A DNA stretch of 24,479 bases, taken from NCBI GenBank assembly GCA_008632985.1, contig QPGO01000183.1, positions 124,001-148,479 on the forward strand, written 5' to 3'. Source of the stretch: Psammoneis japonica. Lineage: Eukaryota. Under the pieces are notes generated by a model that saw only the letters and a list, made by a program, of their open reading frames with translations, had not been told where the DNA came from and searched no databases. Positions 1 to 11,694 of the stretch are shown here, piece after piece. A program made the translations under genes and the position numbers. The first letter of the stretch is position 1, and every line of letters starts with the position of its first letter.

Positions 1-935
1 GCGGAAGAGGCGACATGTCACTGCTGCTACGACGGGCCTGCAAAAGAGGAGGTGCCACTGGTGTTTTTTTCGTAGTGCTGCTGTCCGTGGAGCCTGTCTG
101 AGATGCTGGTGATAGTGCCTTTGACCAAACACTTGGTTTCTTGGGGGTCGTCCCATCCGACGAGAAGCTTGACTGTGAAAAGAAGGAGGGCGGAGGAGGA
201 GACTTCTTAGAAAAAGCTGGGCTACTCGACGAAACCTTCTTGGACCATTCTGAAGAACTTGTGTAGGAAAGAAAGGGTGGGGAGCAGGACCTGCAGGAAG
301 CTTGGCATGAGCTTGCCCAAGGCCCGACGACGCCTTGTTTTTGTTCCAATCCGTAGAGCTCGCTTTCTCCAGAAGCGGTGGTAGTGGGCAATTCGATGCA
401 TTCGTAACCCAATCAGAAGAGCTATTCTGTTGAGCAAGGGTGGGGGACAACTGCTGTACTTGGAAGGGCTGGTACTGGGCACCTTTTTTGACCAATCGGA
501 TGAACTCGTTTGAGCAAGAAACGCCGGAGGCGGGGGACACGACGAATTCTTGGCAAAAGTGGGACTCGTCGTCAACTCCTTGGCCTTCTTCCAATCCATG
601 GAGCTTGATTGGATAAGCAGAGGAGGAGGAGGAGCTGCGGTACTCTTTGTGACTGGACTGGACACCTTCTTGGCCCATTCGGACGAACTGGACTTCGCCA
701 ATAGAGGAGGAGGAGGAGGAGGACAGTCGACACGCTCTTGTTCCACTCAGAAGAGGTAGAATGTGCTAGAAGTGGTGGAGGCAATGGACAATCCGGATCC
801 TTTGACGGACTCGACACCGTCTTGGCCCATTCCATAGAGCTCGACTGCGCTAGGCTGGGTGGACTCGCCGCTACAGTGGCCCAATCTGAAGAACTTGCCT
901 GTTTTAGCAACGGTGGTGGAGGAGGAGGACCATGA
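1..935 (-). repeat. Coding tandem repeat, about 11 copies of PPPPLLxxxSSx[DE]W at roughly 20-32 aa spacing
   Basis: Examples across frames: PPPPLLKQASSSDW, PPSLAQSSSMEW, PPPLLAHSTSSEW, PPPLLAKSSSSEW, PPPLLIQSSSMDW, PPAFLAQTSSSDW, PLPPLLEKASSTDW, PPFLSYTSSSEW. Confidence 0.85.
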
Positions 936-2107
936 TTGGGCGTAATGGACGCCGCCTTGACCCAATCAATGTCGGACATGCCGCGACCTGTTGGCTGATG
1001 AGGCGAAGGATGCACTCCCGAAACGACCGCGGCACAGCTTGCTGGCGGACGTGGCGGAGGAGGAACGCCATTCTCACAGCCGGACTCACAGCGTGCTTCT
1101 GAACTCGTCCATGAGTATGAAACTTGACGAAACGGAGATAATTCCTGTTGCTGTTCACGGGCGCCATGAGGTTGGTCTTTAGCCGCAGGATCTTTAGACT
1201 CCTCCTCGTTCCGTGTCGTACTGTCAAAGTATGATACTTGTCGGTGGCCGCGGGGTGGTAGTGCCGCAATATCAGGATCATACAGGTTGACAGGAGGCGT
1301 AGCATCGGACTTGGTACGTAGCTTGTGAGAATCGGGTGTCAAATTCTGCCCCTGCATTGGAACTTGCCGCGGAAGTGATGGCGAACTACTGCTAAGTGGA
1401 AGAGTTCGAGACTTGAATTCTTCTTGCTCTCCCCACAAGTAGGTTTCCAAAGTATGCCCAGTAGAGCCGTTCTTTTCTGGAAGACGCATTGTGAAGGTGT
1501 TTCCACGTTTGTTCTTGTTGGGAATATCCAATATTGATCCTGGAGGGGCACAATCGGCGAGAGAGGTGCGGTCCCACGCACAGACGGCTTGGTGCAAGAC
1601 GGTCGATGGCAGCGACGAGTTCTTCTCCGCTAGAGATTTCGATTGTTGCTCCTTGAGGAGAGCAATCCACCTGTCTAGATTCTGTATATGCTCACGATGT
1701 TGCTCCTCTTTCTGTTGAACACTTGTTTGAGCCTCGCCGTGTATGCGGAGTTGCATATCTTGACCTTGTTTTTGCCGTCTCGTGTCAACATACCGAGTGC
1801 CTCCAACACTACAATCGTGTCATAGAGCCGACGATTGGCGACACCCAGCTCGTTCGCCACGTCTGTAAGGTGCAAGCTCTCATCAAGCGACCTCTTCGCG
1901 ATTATAGTGTTGAATGAGTATGATTGAGGGGAACGGTTGTGTGAGATATCCATAAGCAAGCGTACACTCCCGTAAGAAATCTAAGATACGCATCTTGAGA
2001 ATCTCATAAAAGCGTTTCGACATGACGCTTAACGAAGAAGTTTCTGGACGTTTTGACGCTTTCCCCAAATGAAAAGCACCCTCCTTAAGCCTATGGTTGG
2101 CATGCAT
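1..2107 (-). pseudogene. E2F/DP-family winged-helix transcription factor-like gene with a long Pro/Ser repeat C-terminus; disrupted and running off the window start
   Basis: Exon 1 reads ETSSLSVMSKRFYEILK. Exon 2 reads RSLDESLHLTDVANELGVANRRLYDTIVVLEALGMLTRDGKNKVK, matching the E2F_TDP RRxYDxxxVLE motif. A coiled-coil-like EEQ..LDRWIALL follows in another frame. The predicted phase-0 intron (about 1993-1894) has a CTCAC branch point and AG acceptor, but its donor reads ATGCGT. Frameshifts occur near 1750, 730, 430 and 290. Confidence 0.75.
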
Positions 2108-2790
2108 GTCACTCCGCCGTGGGAGATCCGTGTTGGGGATTGCGAATACCGGTGCGAATCATCCAGCAGGGACCCACAAGCTTTCGCTTGATGATAAAGT
2201 TCTCGAGAGCAGATGAAAATCAAACTTTAAACCGTTTCTTTTGCATGCTCTTGGTGTGATGATTCAGTGCAGTCATAGTTTCGTCACTGCGATCTTGTTG
2301 TTGCGGTCATGGCGGCGGCAACAAGTTGAAAACATCAAAAGGCCCTTCACGATTTGCTGCTCTTGATGTAGACGAAAAATGTTGAAAACCGTGGAGACGC
2401 AGCAACAGACAGCCTCGAACGACGCCGCTCTGCTGCTGTGCTTCATCATGGTCAACACACCGCGTGCGTTGAATGTGTTTTCGTTTGAAACGTGTAGACT
2501 TCAGTACTCTTCTACGTGCATGTCGTACATAATTAGTAAATATCCAACATATATATTTGATATATTTATTGGCATATATTCATCCAACGGACATAATTTT
2601 TTCGATATTTACACTAAAGCTAATACTAACAAAAAAGGACATTTAATTTATTATCAGATCTAGGTTAGAGCATAACATGCGATCCAGCGAAAACTGCATG
2701 GCGACGCAATCTCCTGATCGTGTTTTTCTGTGCAGAGTCGTTGTTGCTGTTGCTGTTGTTGCTTGATTGTATCCAGGTGTCAGTACTACC

Positions 2791-3835
2791 ATGGTGGACA
2801 TTGCCAATAATATGCTGTTAAATGTGGGTGAGAATATGAATCATGCAGACGAGGATGAGGGCCAACAGCACCAACAACCCATGTTGTTTGAGTCCCTCAG
2901 CGACGCGGATGTAGACGACGCACGGAATGACACGCGTCAAGGTGACGACTCGTCGAGCATACCCTTTTGTGTTAAGGGCATGGGGGGGACGGAATGATTA
3001 TGTATATGGATGGTACGTTGTCTGAATAACAGTTTCGTCAGTACATCATCTTGTTTCTCTCTACAAACACAACTTGTCTTTGGAGTTTTTGAGTGTGATT
3101 CTCCGAATTTTTATATTCCAAACAGCTCGAGGTGCAATTCGATCTTTTATTCTCCCGCGTGTGCTCGTAAACTTATGGAGCTGGGGATGGATTTGTTGCA
3201 TATAGTGTCTCTGTTGAGCGATGTTTCTAAATGATTTGCTATTCTACCTCCTCTCACACACCTGTTGCACTTTTGGTTTATACGTGCTTTATAATTATAC
3301 AGGCTTTCGGTTATCGTTCAAGGGCAACCAACCATGTCTCAATTTATTCTTTCCCGGTTGGACTCTCGATTCTCGGGTCAAATTTAGTGGTGCTCTAGTT
3401 TTGGTATTTGCTCTGGCCATTATGACCGAGGGTATTGCCAAGTGGCGACATGTGCTCCACAATAAGAGGCGTCACAACAACATCAACAAGCGAATAAGCA
3501 GCACTCACACCAGCTCTCCACCACCACGAAGAATATTCATTACACTCTTGCACACACTCCAAGCCTTTTGTGGATACATTCTCATGTTGGTAACCATGAC
3601 CTTTTCCGTGGAGCTTTTAATGAGCGTGGTGCTTGGTTTGGGTGTGGGCTATGCCGTTTTTTACAATGACGATGATCACCACGTTACCACGAATCCGTGC
3701 TGTAGCTTTATGCAAAACGAACAAGAGGAACGTGTCGTTGAGAGTGATGATACTACGAGTCGAAATAGTGGTTTGAATCAAGGCGGAGACGCAGCATTTA
3801 CCATGCCTGACGGTGGTGGACTGGAGAATCTGTGA
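2791..3835 (+). CDS. Ctr-family (SLC31) copper transporter, 2 exons, frameshifted at a G7 run (2982-2988); pseudogene or assembly error
   Basis: Met-rich MIMYMDG|FRLSFKGNQPCLNLFFPGWTLDS is followed by TM1, then TM2 with MxxxM (MLVTM) and TM3 with GxxxG (GLGVG). Adding one G to the G7 run joins KGMGG to DGMIMYMDG. The intron at 3013-3302 restores the frame. Confidence 0.85.
3013..3302 (+). other. Spliceosomal intron of the Ctr gene (290 nt, phase 1)
   Basis: GTACGT donor at 3013, CTCAC-type branch point near 3253 and TACAG acceptor ending at 3302. Splicing gives G|GC (Gly) in MDGFRLS. Confidence 0.8.
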
Positions 3836-4425
3836 GGTTCCGCCTCAACTGTACACGGAACTCGTGGCTCGTTATTGATCCTCTCTCTAGAGACTATTGC
3901 AATAAAAATGTATTTTATGGTATGACTATTATATAGATGAAGCTCTAATATCATATTTGCTAGAATAATGACAATCACATTGTTTTAAAAGAGCTCCATC
4001 TCGTCGGTCGAAAAATTTCTTCGTACCCGTCGCTGTCGTCCAGTAGACGAAGCTAACTATTGTAGGTATATTTTTTCAAAGAACGGAAACAATGGTACCT
4101 TTTAGAGGATGTGTTTGAAGAAGCATTTGGGGTCTCGAATGTCGAAGGGTACAGGTATGCTCTTGTTGAAACAATGAGTAAGAAAAGGGGGAAAAGAGTC
4201 GTTTATAGAAGGAATGACGAAGGGCTGCATCGCGCCTACATCACTATATATTACATCTAAGAAATAGTGAATATGCTTTATTGTTTACTTTATGAATGAT
4301 AGGATAACTATGAATTAGAGCCGAAGTGTCCTTGACTTCAAACCTCATCGTTCGAGAGCGGCTAAAGCTCTACCCATATCCCCATTCCCCTACTCTAATC
4401 ACCTTTCGACAAACAGCCCATGTTT

Positions 4426-6066
4426 CTAGAGACCAGAGCCAAAGTTGAAGTGCAGAAAGGGTCGTCGCGCTACGTTGGCATCAGGCATGAGGCTCTCAGA
4501 CTCATTTTCGTCAATTGCACCAAAGTGCTTGGCAAGACGCTCGAACTCTTCCATGGCAGTCTTGTATCTGGTGCCGAGTCGCTCTCCAGCAGCAAGGATG
4601 CTTTCCAAGGCTCTCATCACCTTCTTGAGAATTTCAACGTCATTGACTCCTTGTACAGAGCAAATGGCTTCCATGCCTCCGAGGCGGACAAGCTCGTCGA
4701 TTTGTACATCGCTGCCACCGGTAAAAATGTTGATCAAGACACTAATGGCCTCCTTGCGAATACCCCATTCAGCCTCCTTTGCCAACTTTACAATCGATGA
4801 AAGCCCGCTTGAGTGGAAAAAAGGCAAGCAATTTGGTTTTGGGAACCAGCTGCGATGTTGGACATCATCCAACAAAAATCTTTTTTAACGTGCTTCTGTA
4901 GAACGTTTCTCTGTAGAAGGAATGAAAGAACAAGGAATGTGAGTGATACCTGTGTTAGCAATATTTCAAATACATGCATGGTGCCACAACCAATAATAAC
5001 ATACCTGGGGACAGTTGAGGATTCGCTCGCTGTAGTGGGTAATACCGGCATTCACCACAAGCTGCGCTTGGTCCTCGGTTCCCGCACAAATATTTCCAAG
5101 GCATCGTACAAGAGGCCTGATATGGGACGGCTCGATGACTTCCAATAGATTGATGAGAACATTGACGACATGAGGTTGGTCTTGTAGGAGGGCAGTAATA
5201 CACTCATGCCCTCCGTCCGACGCATACCTCATGGCCCAGATCGAATCACCCAGGCTTTCCTTGGTTTTGGGATTGGCAAGGACTTTGGCCAAACACGGAC
5301 CAGCCTCCTTGACGAATCGAACGTCGGGATGAGGATGGGCGCGTAGCAAGTTGCAAAAGGCCCAGATGGCAGTGTTGTAAAGAGTATCGTGATTGGGATC
5401 GTTGACATTCTCAACCACACCCGTCAACGCACCAAGTTTTAGCGCCTCGTCACGGAATTGGACCGAGTCGCCGGCCGCATTGCCGACACACCAAATGGCT
5501 AGCTCACGGATATTGGCTTTTTTGTGCCAAAGACACGTTACAACTCCTGGCAAGGCACCCGCCTGAATCGCAGCAGCCGTGTAAGCGGACGAGACGACAT
5601 GATTCAAGACCGAAAGCGTTTCAATCAACGGTTGCGGTTGATCGCCCAACTGGAGAAAGCTCTTCAACGTGACGAGAACCCCTGAATCGACAATGGCCTT
5701 GACAGGAGCATCCCTTTCCAAGGACATGTTTCGATGAACCATCTTGAGAGCTTCAAGTCTAAGCTTTGCATCCCCAGTGGTTTGAAGAAAAAGGATAATA
5801 TTATGGAGTTGTTTCGGCGTAAGAGGACGTGCATGGCTTCTGTTGTTGTTGATCGTGTTGGAAACGTTTGCCGTGGACGCACCGAGCGTGAGCTTGTTGG
5901 GACCAAAGCGACGCCTCGCCCAGCGCTCTCGCTTTTTGGTCTTTCGAATCTTGTGTACCAAGTCAAGACGACGGCGAAAACCATGCTCGTGATTGTAGGA
6001 GTAAATGCGGTCTGCAGCAGCAGGAGCGATAGAGAACAATCGTGTTGTGAGTGAATGATGTGGCAT
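4426..6066 (-). CDS. Importin-alpha-like ARM-repeat protein, 2 exons, 1-nt frameshift near 4805; possibly a degenerating paralogue
   Basis: A basic IBB-like N-terminus (RRRLDLVHKIRKTKKRERWARRR) is followed by ARM motifs AIWCVGNAAGDS, AIWAFCNLLR, VRCLGNICAG, CWMMSNIAAG and IRKEAISVLIN. The intron runs from 5004 to 4896 (or 4911). The frame changes at QAG/LSSIVKLAK. Confidence 0.88.
4896..5004 (-). other. Intron of the importin-alpha gene with two in-frame TTCTACAG acceptors (4911 and 4896)
   Basis: CAG|GTATGT donor, CTCAC branch point, and a duplicated acceptor 15 nt apart. Confidence 0.75.
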
Positions 6067-6810
6067 CAACCAAAACCTTATTCAACACAACAAGAACGAC
6101 GACAAGAAGACGTTTTTCAAAAACTTGATACACGCGAAACGTCAAAACGCAACGCACAACCACGCAACGCTCGTCCATTCTACTTACGGCTCAAGTTGTT
6201 CATGATGATAGTATGCTTTGCGATTTGAGCACAATAAACGTGTGTGTTTGTGTGTTGTGTTTCTTTATGACGGTAACGACAAGAAGTGTTGAGTGTTGGG
6301 TTCGATGTTTTCTGTTGTTGTTGGCAAAAAAAAACTGGCGAGTCCAGGGTTTCAAATTTTGCGTAGGAAATGTACCAATTTCTACGCGATTGCGGTTTAC
6401 TTAGAGGAGAAGTGAGATTTGAATTCCTTCATGTGTATATGTATATATGAACTGTCCAACGTGAATTGTAGGCATGTCTTTACATGCGATTTATTTGGGC
6501 TTCTCACAGCCGTTTGAGTTCCGCGCACGAGATTTTCGTCGCGTTTGTGCCTGTCTGCCGCCCGTCAGAAGTGCCGCCCTTTGGCACCAAACATCAATCA
6601 CGCAACACCATGCACCACGCACCACGTTGCCATCTTAAAATGGGTGCTCTGTGCTCTTCCATCCAAGAGAATGTTGCTTGCCATTGTGAGGGCAGGTGGC
6701 ATTGGATTTGATGCGGCAGAGTTCCTGCTGTGATGTGCAAACTCGGGAAAAGGCAAAAGGCTGCGGACGGTGCATCCGCAATCCAGCGTCCAGCACGTGC
6801 ATCACCAAAC

Positions 6811-7008
6811 ACCATCTGCCATCCACCATCCAGCATCTGCCATCCACCACCCCCATTATCTGCACCCGCTGCCAGCACCATCCGCCATCCACACCATCCA
6901 GCATCGTCTGCACCCACCATCCCCCGCCATCTGTCTTCCGGCACCCAACATCCAACATCCGCTGCCCACCAACACCACCTGCCATCCAGCATCTGCATCT
7001 GCCATCCA
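6811..7008 (+). repeat. Degenerate CCATCC/GCATCT short-unit tandem repeat (about 7-nt units)
   Basis: Runs such as ccatctgccatccaccatccagcatctgccatccacc, repeated with variation. Confidence 0.7.
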
Positions 7009-7219
7009 CGGCAACAAGAAACACTGCACAAAATTGGAGGTGGCGACATGACAAGCAATGGGAGTGAGGCAGCACAAATGAAGAGAAAATGCATCTCTCG
7101 TCCGACGCAACCAGGGTTGCGATGGCCACAACTTTGGCCCAACTTTCTCCAACTCCAAAATGGCCACCAGGTTTCAACATGAGGAGCAACTGCTTCACAC
7201 CAGACACTGATGAGAGGTG

Positions 7220-9720
7220 GATCAAAGCTGCCCACAGGACAAGTGGGGCACTCTCCAAAGAAAGGCACAAGTGTTCGCTCTGACAGTTGCGGGGAAGAAG
7301 AAACATGCCAACGCAGGCATGCCTGCCAAGTCAATTTCACTGTCTGGGTTGAGGGTGCCGTTGGAACTGTCGTTGTTGTCAGCAGCAGCATCAGGGGCAT
7401 TGTGGATGGCTGCGTGACAATGGGTGCTGAATTTGGCCAAGCTGTGGCACAGAAGGGCAACGAAGCGGCCTTCTGGAGAATCCACACCCACTCCACCCTG
7501 GAATGGACACCGGTCGTGCAAGGCAAGTGCACCATCACTCTCCAGGGGAGCTGGTCCACTCATGTCATGAAGCATGGCCAACTCAAAGCCAGGGCGCACA
7601 CTGTTGCCGGCATTGTTGCATCAACCAGAGGCAAAATCCTTGAGTTTTTTCCATGCATTGCTGGCATTGAGCGGCGTCTCGGGGTTGATGGGGTGAGCCG
7701 TCACCATCATTGTCACATTTTGATCCTGCCAGAGGGTGAGCCCTTTCTGTCAGGACCACACACTCTTGAAAGAATGACAAAGGAGCCAAGGGTTGAGGTG
7801 AAAATCTGATTGAGGTGGAGGCTGGGGGGTGCAAAGAGTCAGTGCGAACAATCGTGCCAAGTTTTCCTGACAACCACATTTCCGAAATGCAACAAGCCAA
7901 TTGTGAGCAGCTGCAGTCATCTGTGCCTCAAAGTGCAAGTGCCTGAGAATTCACAACTGGGGTGCCCAGGTTCTTGAAGCATTTCTTGTGAAAGGGCGGC
8001 ACCACTCTTGTTCCACGGCAAACAACAGAAATTGTGCCACATGGTCAGGTGGTCTTGAAGGGATTTCCACATCTGCTCCCAGTTGTCAGTGTCATTTCAA
8101 AGCTCAAGATTGCAGGATTCTTCTGGGTGAGATGCACGGCCAACATTTGTGCTTGCAGTTTTCTGTTGCTCAGAAATGTGGCTGGACTTTGTTGGTGGGT
8201 CATTCTTCCATGATGAATGATGGAATGACGCTGATGCAACAATGCCCCACATGCTTGGGGCAACATCCAATGGGTCACCTTGAGCTGCACTCCCGAAACA
8301 TCAGGATCTTCCTTGGTTGTCCATTTGTGGGAAATGAAGATTCATCCCAGGAGCGACGGATCTGTCCAAGGTGGGGTGGGAACTCCCCGAGCCCTCAACT
8401 TGGTGGCAACAAAAGTGGTCAACTTGGGTTCAATCACTGTGGAAAAGGGAAATGCTTGCAATCACTGCAGCGGCAATGACAGTGATGATGATGACAATGA
8501 ATGATTCGTGGACTTTGCAATGCAGGATGATTGGCTGAGATCACAAAACTGCAAAAAGTTGCAAATGGTGTTTGCACTGATGTTGCTCAGTGGGGGGGGG
8601 GGCCGTGCCATCCAACTGACTCCCATGTCGGCCACTGCACCTGGATCAAGGTCAATGCCAGTCAACTCATTGCCTTGTTTGGTGGGCCCTTCCATGTTGC
8701 TTGCAATCAAATGACTGTCTGGGATCACGGAGAGAAACCTGACATGTCCAAGGATTTGCAGACTTTCCCTGTGAACCCAAGCAGAGTTGTCAACAGACAA
8801 AAAAAACACAGACACCGATGGTGGTTGTCTAAATTGTCGGCACTCCTCTTTGCAATTGGCAAACCCAGCTTCTGTGATGGGTGTCATTTGGTGCACTGAT
8901 GCAAAGAAAGCCCAACCACAGCACATGCATCAGCTTTGATTCCACGCACATGGCCCTCCATGAAGCCCTCAACGGAGTGCCGCATCGACCCATGCAGCAT
9001 GTGTCCACCATTGCAACAACTTCCCATGTTTGTGGTGACTTTCAAGTGTCACACCAGGGGAACATTGTCCAGCATTTCCTTGCAAAGCACAGCCACATCA
9101 TGTTGCACTTGATTGGAGTTGGGATTCACTTTTTGAAAGAACAAGCCCTCATGGACCACAACTCTGGGAAGGTGAGGAGAGATTCCATTCTTGGTGCAAG
9201 CTCTTGTTGCAACCTTTGACAGCAGACAATGAAATGCCAGCCTGCCAGACATGACTGCAGAACCAGCCATTTTGTCCAAGACAATCAACACCGTCTCGTC
9301 ATCCATCGCCGGAGAATCAAAATGGTTCTTCACTTTGTGTGGCCGCCCCAGCACCTTGTTTCAGAGAATTTCCTGTTCTTCAACATCCGCAGTCTCACAG
9401 TGCTGATGTCAACTTTTTGTGACATCAGCTCCAAGCACAGCCAACATCTCTTTTCCTTTCTGAAGTGCCCTCAAATGGTCTCGCTCTTTGGACATTGAAA
9501 TGATGCCGGCAGAGAGTGGATGAGAGCATGTGGCCCTTGTCGTCCTTGAGTGTTCTTGCGTTGGCAAGCACCACATCAACAGCGCATGGAAAAACGAATC
9601 CATCCCTTTTCATCCATTTGCTTGTCATCATCTTCTTCTTCATCAGAGGTGTTTTTGGGTCTGTCATCAAAGTGCGATTCATCAGCCTGCTCTGGTGCTC
9701 AAAGCTTGCTCTCCCCAAGA
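7220..9720 (-). mobile_element. Possible highly decayed transposase-like coding relic (hAT-like, tentative)
   Basis: Fragmentary minus-strand frames include FELAMLHDMSG..LESDGALAL, loosely recalling the ELA..D.G....LEGDG.L segment of some hAT-related transposases. No terminal inverted repeats were identified. Confidence 0.2.
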
Positions 9721-10003
9721 ACCCTCCTTCTTTTTTTGCCTCTCAGGAGCAGTTGCTCCAGCTGCTCTTTTGCCACACGACTGTGTTCTAGCCACTGGCT
9801 CTAGCTGGCTGCCACTGCTGCTCTGGCTTAGAGCACTGCAGAGTGCAGCAATGTGCCACGGCAGTTTTCAGATTCCTAAAAATGAATTTCACGACTGGCC
9901 TCCACGTGGATCTCCAAAATGAGGCAAGCCTGCCTTTCCGTTTCAACGGCAGTCATCATTTTTAAATTAATTTAGCCTCGCCGGAGCTGTCATCCAATGC
10001 ATC

Positions 10004-10836
10004 GTGCATCACTCTTCTCTCATTTCTTGTTTTGTTTCTTGCACATGCAGTGTGTGGAACACCTTCCACGATGATGGTGCTTCATGTCCACATCATGGTC
10101 TCGAATCCCACAGGCTGCCAGAGGGTCCATTTGTTCAGGAACGACACAACGTCGGTCGACAATGCTTGCACAGCAGTGGCATTTCGAATCTCAAGATGGC
10201 AGGGGTAAATCAAGACAGCAACGGTGCTTCTGACAATGAAGTTGAAGTCACTCAAGTCATCCATCCCATTGATGGGGACACCGAGTGACACAATGATGAT
10301 TCGAGCAAGGATTCCGACGACGACATTCTTGATGTCTGCTCCAACAACAATGGCAGGATTGAGCATGACAACGATGAAGTCATTCAAGCCCACCATCACA
10401 ACAATGGTGATGTTGATCACGGCAATTGTGGTTTGAACAAGGAGTCCGATGATGACGTTCTTCATGTCTGCTCCAACAATGATGGCAGCACCACCCAAAT
10501 GCACTCTAGCCACAACCGCGGATCTGAGCAAGAGAGCAACGATTCTGATGTGAGACCGCAAGAAGCAGAAGAAGAACTTGTGAACTGCAATGATGATGCT
10601 GAGTTCACTGGGACAAATCACGGGTGGCACGAAACTTGGGAATCAAAGTGCCAGCATTTGGTGCAATTCAAGAGGAGGTGCGGTCATTTGCGAATCCATT
10701 GTGAGCACAACAGGAAGGTGTGCAACTGGATTTGCTGTCACGTGAAGGAACACTGAGAGTGTTCTGGCAGGAGGAAAGCGCGTGGTGAAAAGAAGCTGGG
10801 GAAGTCACACGTCGTCTAGAGCAACTTGGGCCATTT
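10004..10836 (+). pseudogene. Relic of a helicase-associated (HA, PF03457-like) domain protein with an acidic N-terminal region
   Basis: WHETWESKCQHLVQFKRRCGHLRIHCEHNRKVCNWI is followed, after a frameshift, by RRLEQLG. This matches the HA pattern W...Y..L..FK...GH..VP......L..WV...R..LE.LG. There is an internal duplication of about 50 bp (about 10307-10356 and 10439-10488). Confidence 0.7.
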
Positions 10837-11264
10837 GAAACAACAAGCATGTCAAGACAAATGGGCAGAGCCACATCAACTGCATCATGTGGCATCAACA
10901 GTGATGCCACATTTGCAAGAAAGGATGCCGCAACCAGGAAAATGCTCGTCTTTGCAACCAATTCTCTGCGCATTGCCAAGCTCATGCTGAAGCTAGATTT
11001 GCCTGTGAGGCAGAAGGCCGTCGTAATCTAAAGTCCATGGAGTGGTGTCTTTCTTGTGCTTGCAGCCCATTTGAAGCTCTTTGTGCTCTGATCAACTGTT
11101 GATCAGTTGTTGAGAACAAAGCTCTTGATGGCAATTGTGCTTGGCGAAGCTTTTTCCAGCCTTCAAGGGTGACGGTGAACGTGACACAAACTCAAGCTTG
11201 TTGGACGAGTTCTTTCAGAATGGCGAAATCAACGCACGTGACATGAAGCTGAAGCTTTCTTAAA

Positions 11265-11395
11265 GGCAAGACTGCCGCCATGTTCAACACATGCCGTTGT
11301 GCTTGATGCCAACAAGGAGCATTTTACAGCATGTGTGGCAAGGCTGCCGCTGCGTTTGACACCTGCCGTTGCGCTTGATGCCAATGAGGAGCATT
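11265..11395 (+). repeat. Two-copy tandem duplication, period 72 bp
   Basis: ggcaagactgccgcc...tgccgttgtgcttgatgccaacaaggagcatt and ggcaaggctgccgct...tgccgttgcgcttgatgccaatgaggagcatt. Confidence 0.75.
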
Positions 11396-11694
11396 CCGCA
11401 TCATGCATGCATGTGCACATTTTTTGCAGTGGAAGCAAGTGACAAATGATGAAAAGAGATGCCATGATGCACAGCATGAAACCAAAAACCACACGATCTT
11501 GGTTGCAGGGCACCGGCAGCTGGGCAAGTCTCCGAATTGCTCAGAACCGGCATTGGCGGAAATGGGAACAAAACCAAGCCCATGGCATTTTGAAATGCAA
11601 TTGTCAGGTTTTCCACGAAGATTCAAAAAAGTTTCACCTGAGTTTTTAGCCGCCACGCAGTTCTGCGTAGAACCACACGAGAGCCATTGCCACG

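Noticed and set aside
2764..2766. In-frame TGA as selenocysteine in the Ctr leader
   Set aside because: It lies in a hydrophobic leader with no redox motif and no SECIS was identified; a nonsense change is simpler.
4420..6054. Plus-strand ORFs overlapping importin-alpha
   Set aside because: They are antisense shadows of the minus-strand gene and have no motifs of their own.
11420..11480. QWKQVTNDEKRCHDA as an HMG-box remnant
   Set aside because: The segment is too short and the rest of the box cannot be recognised.
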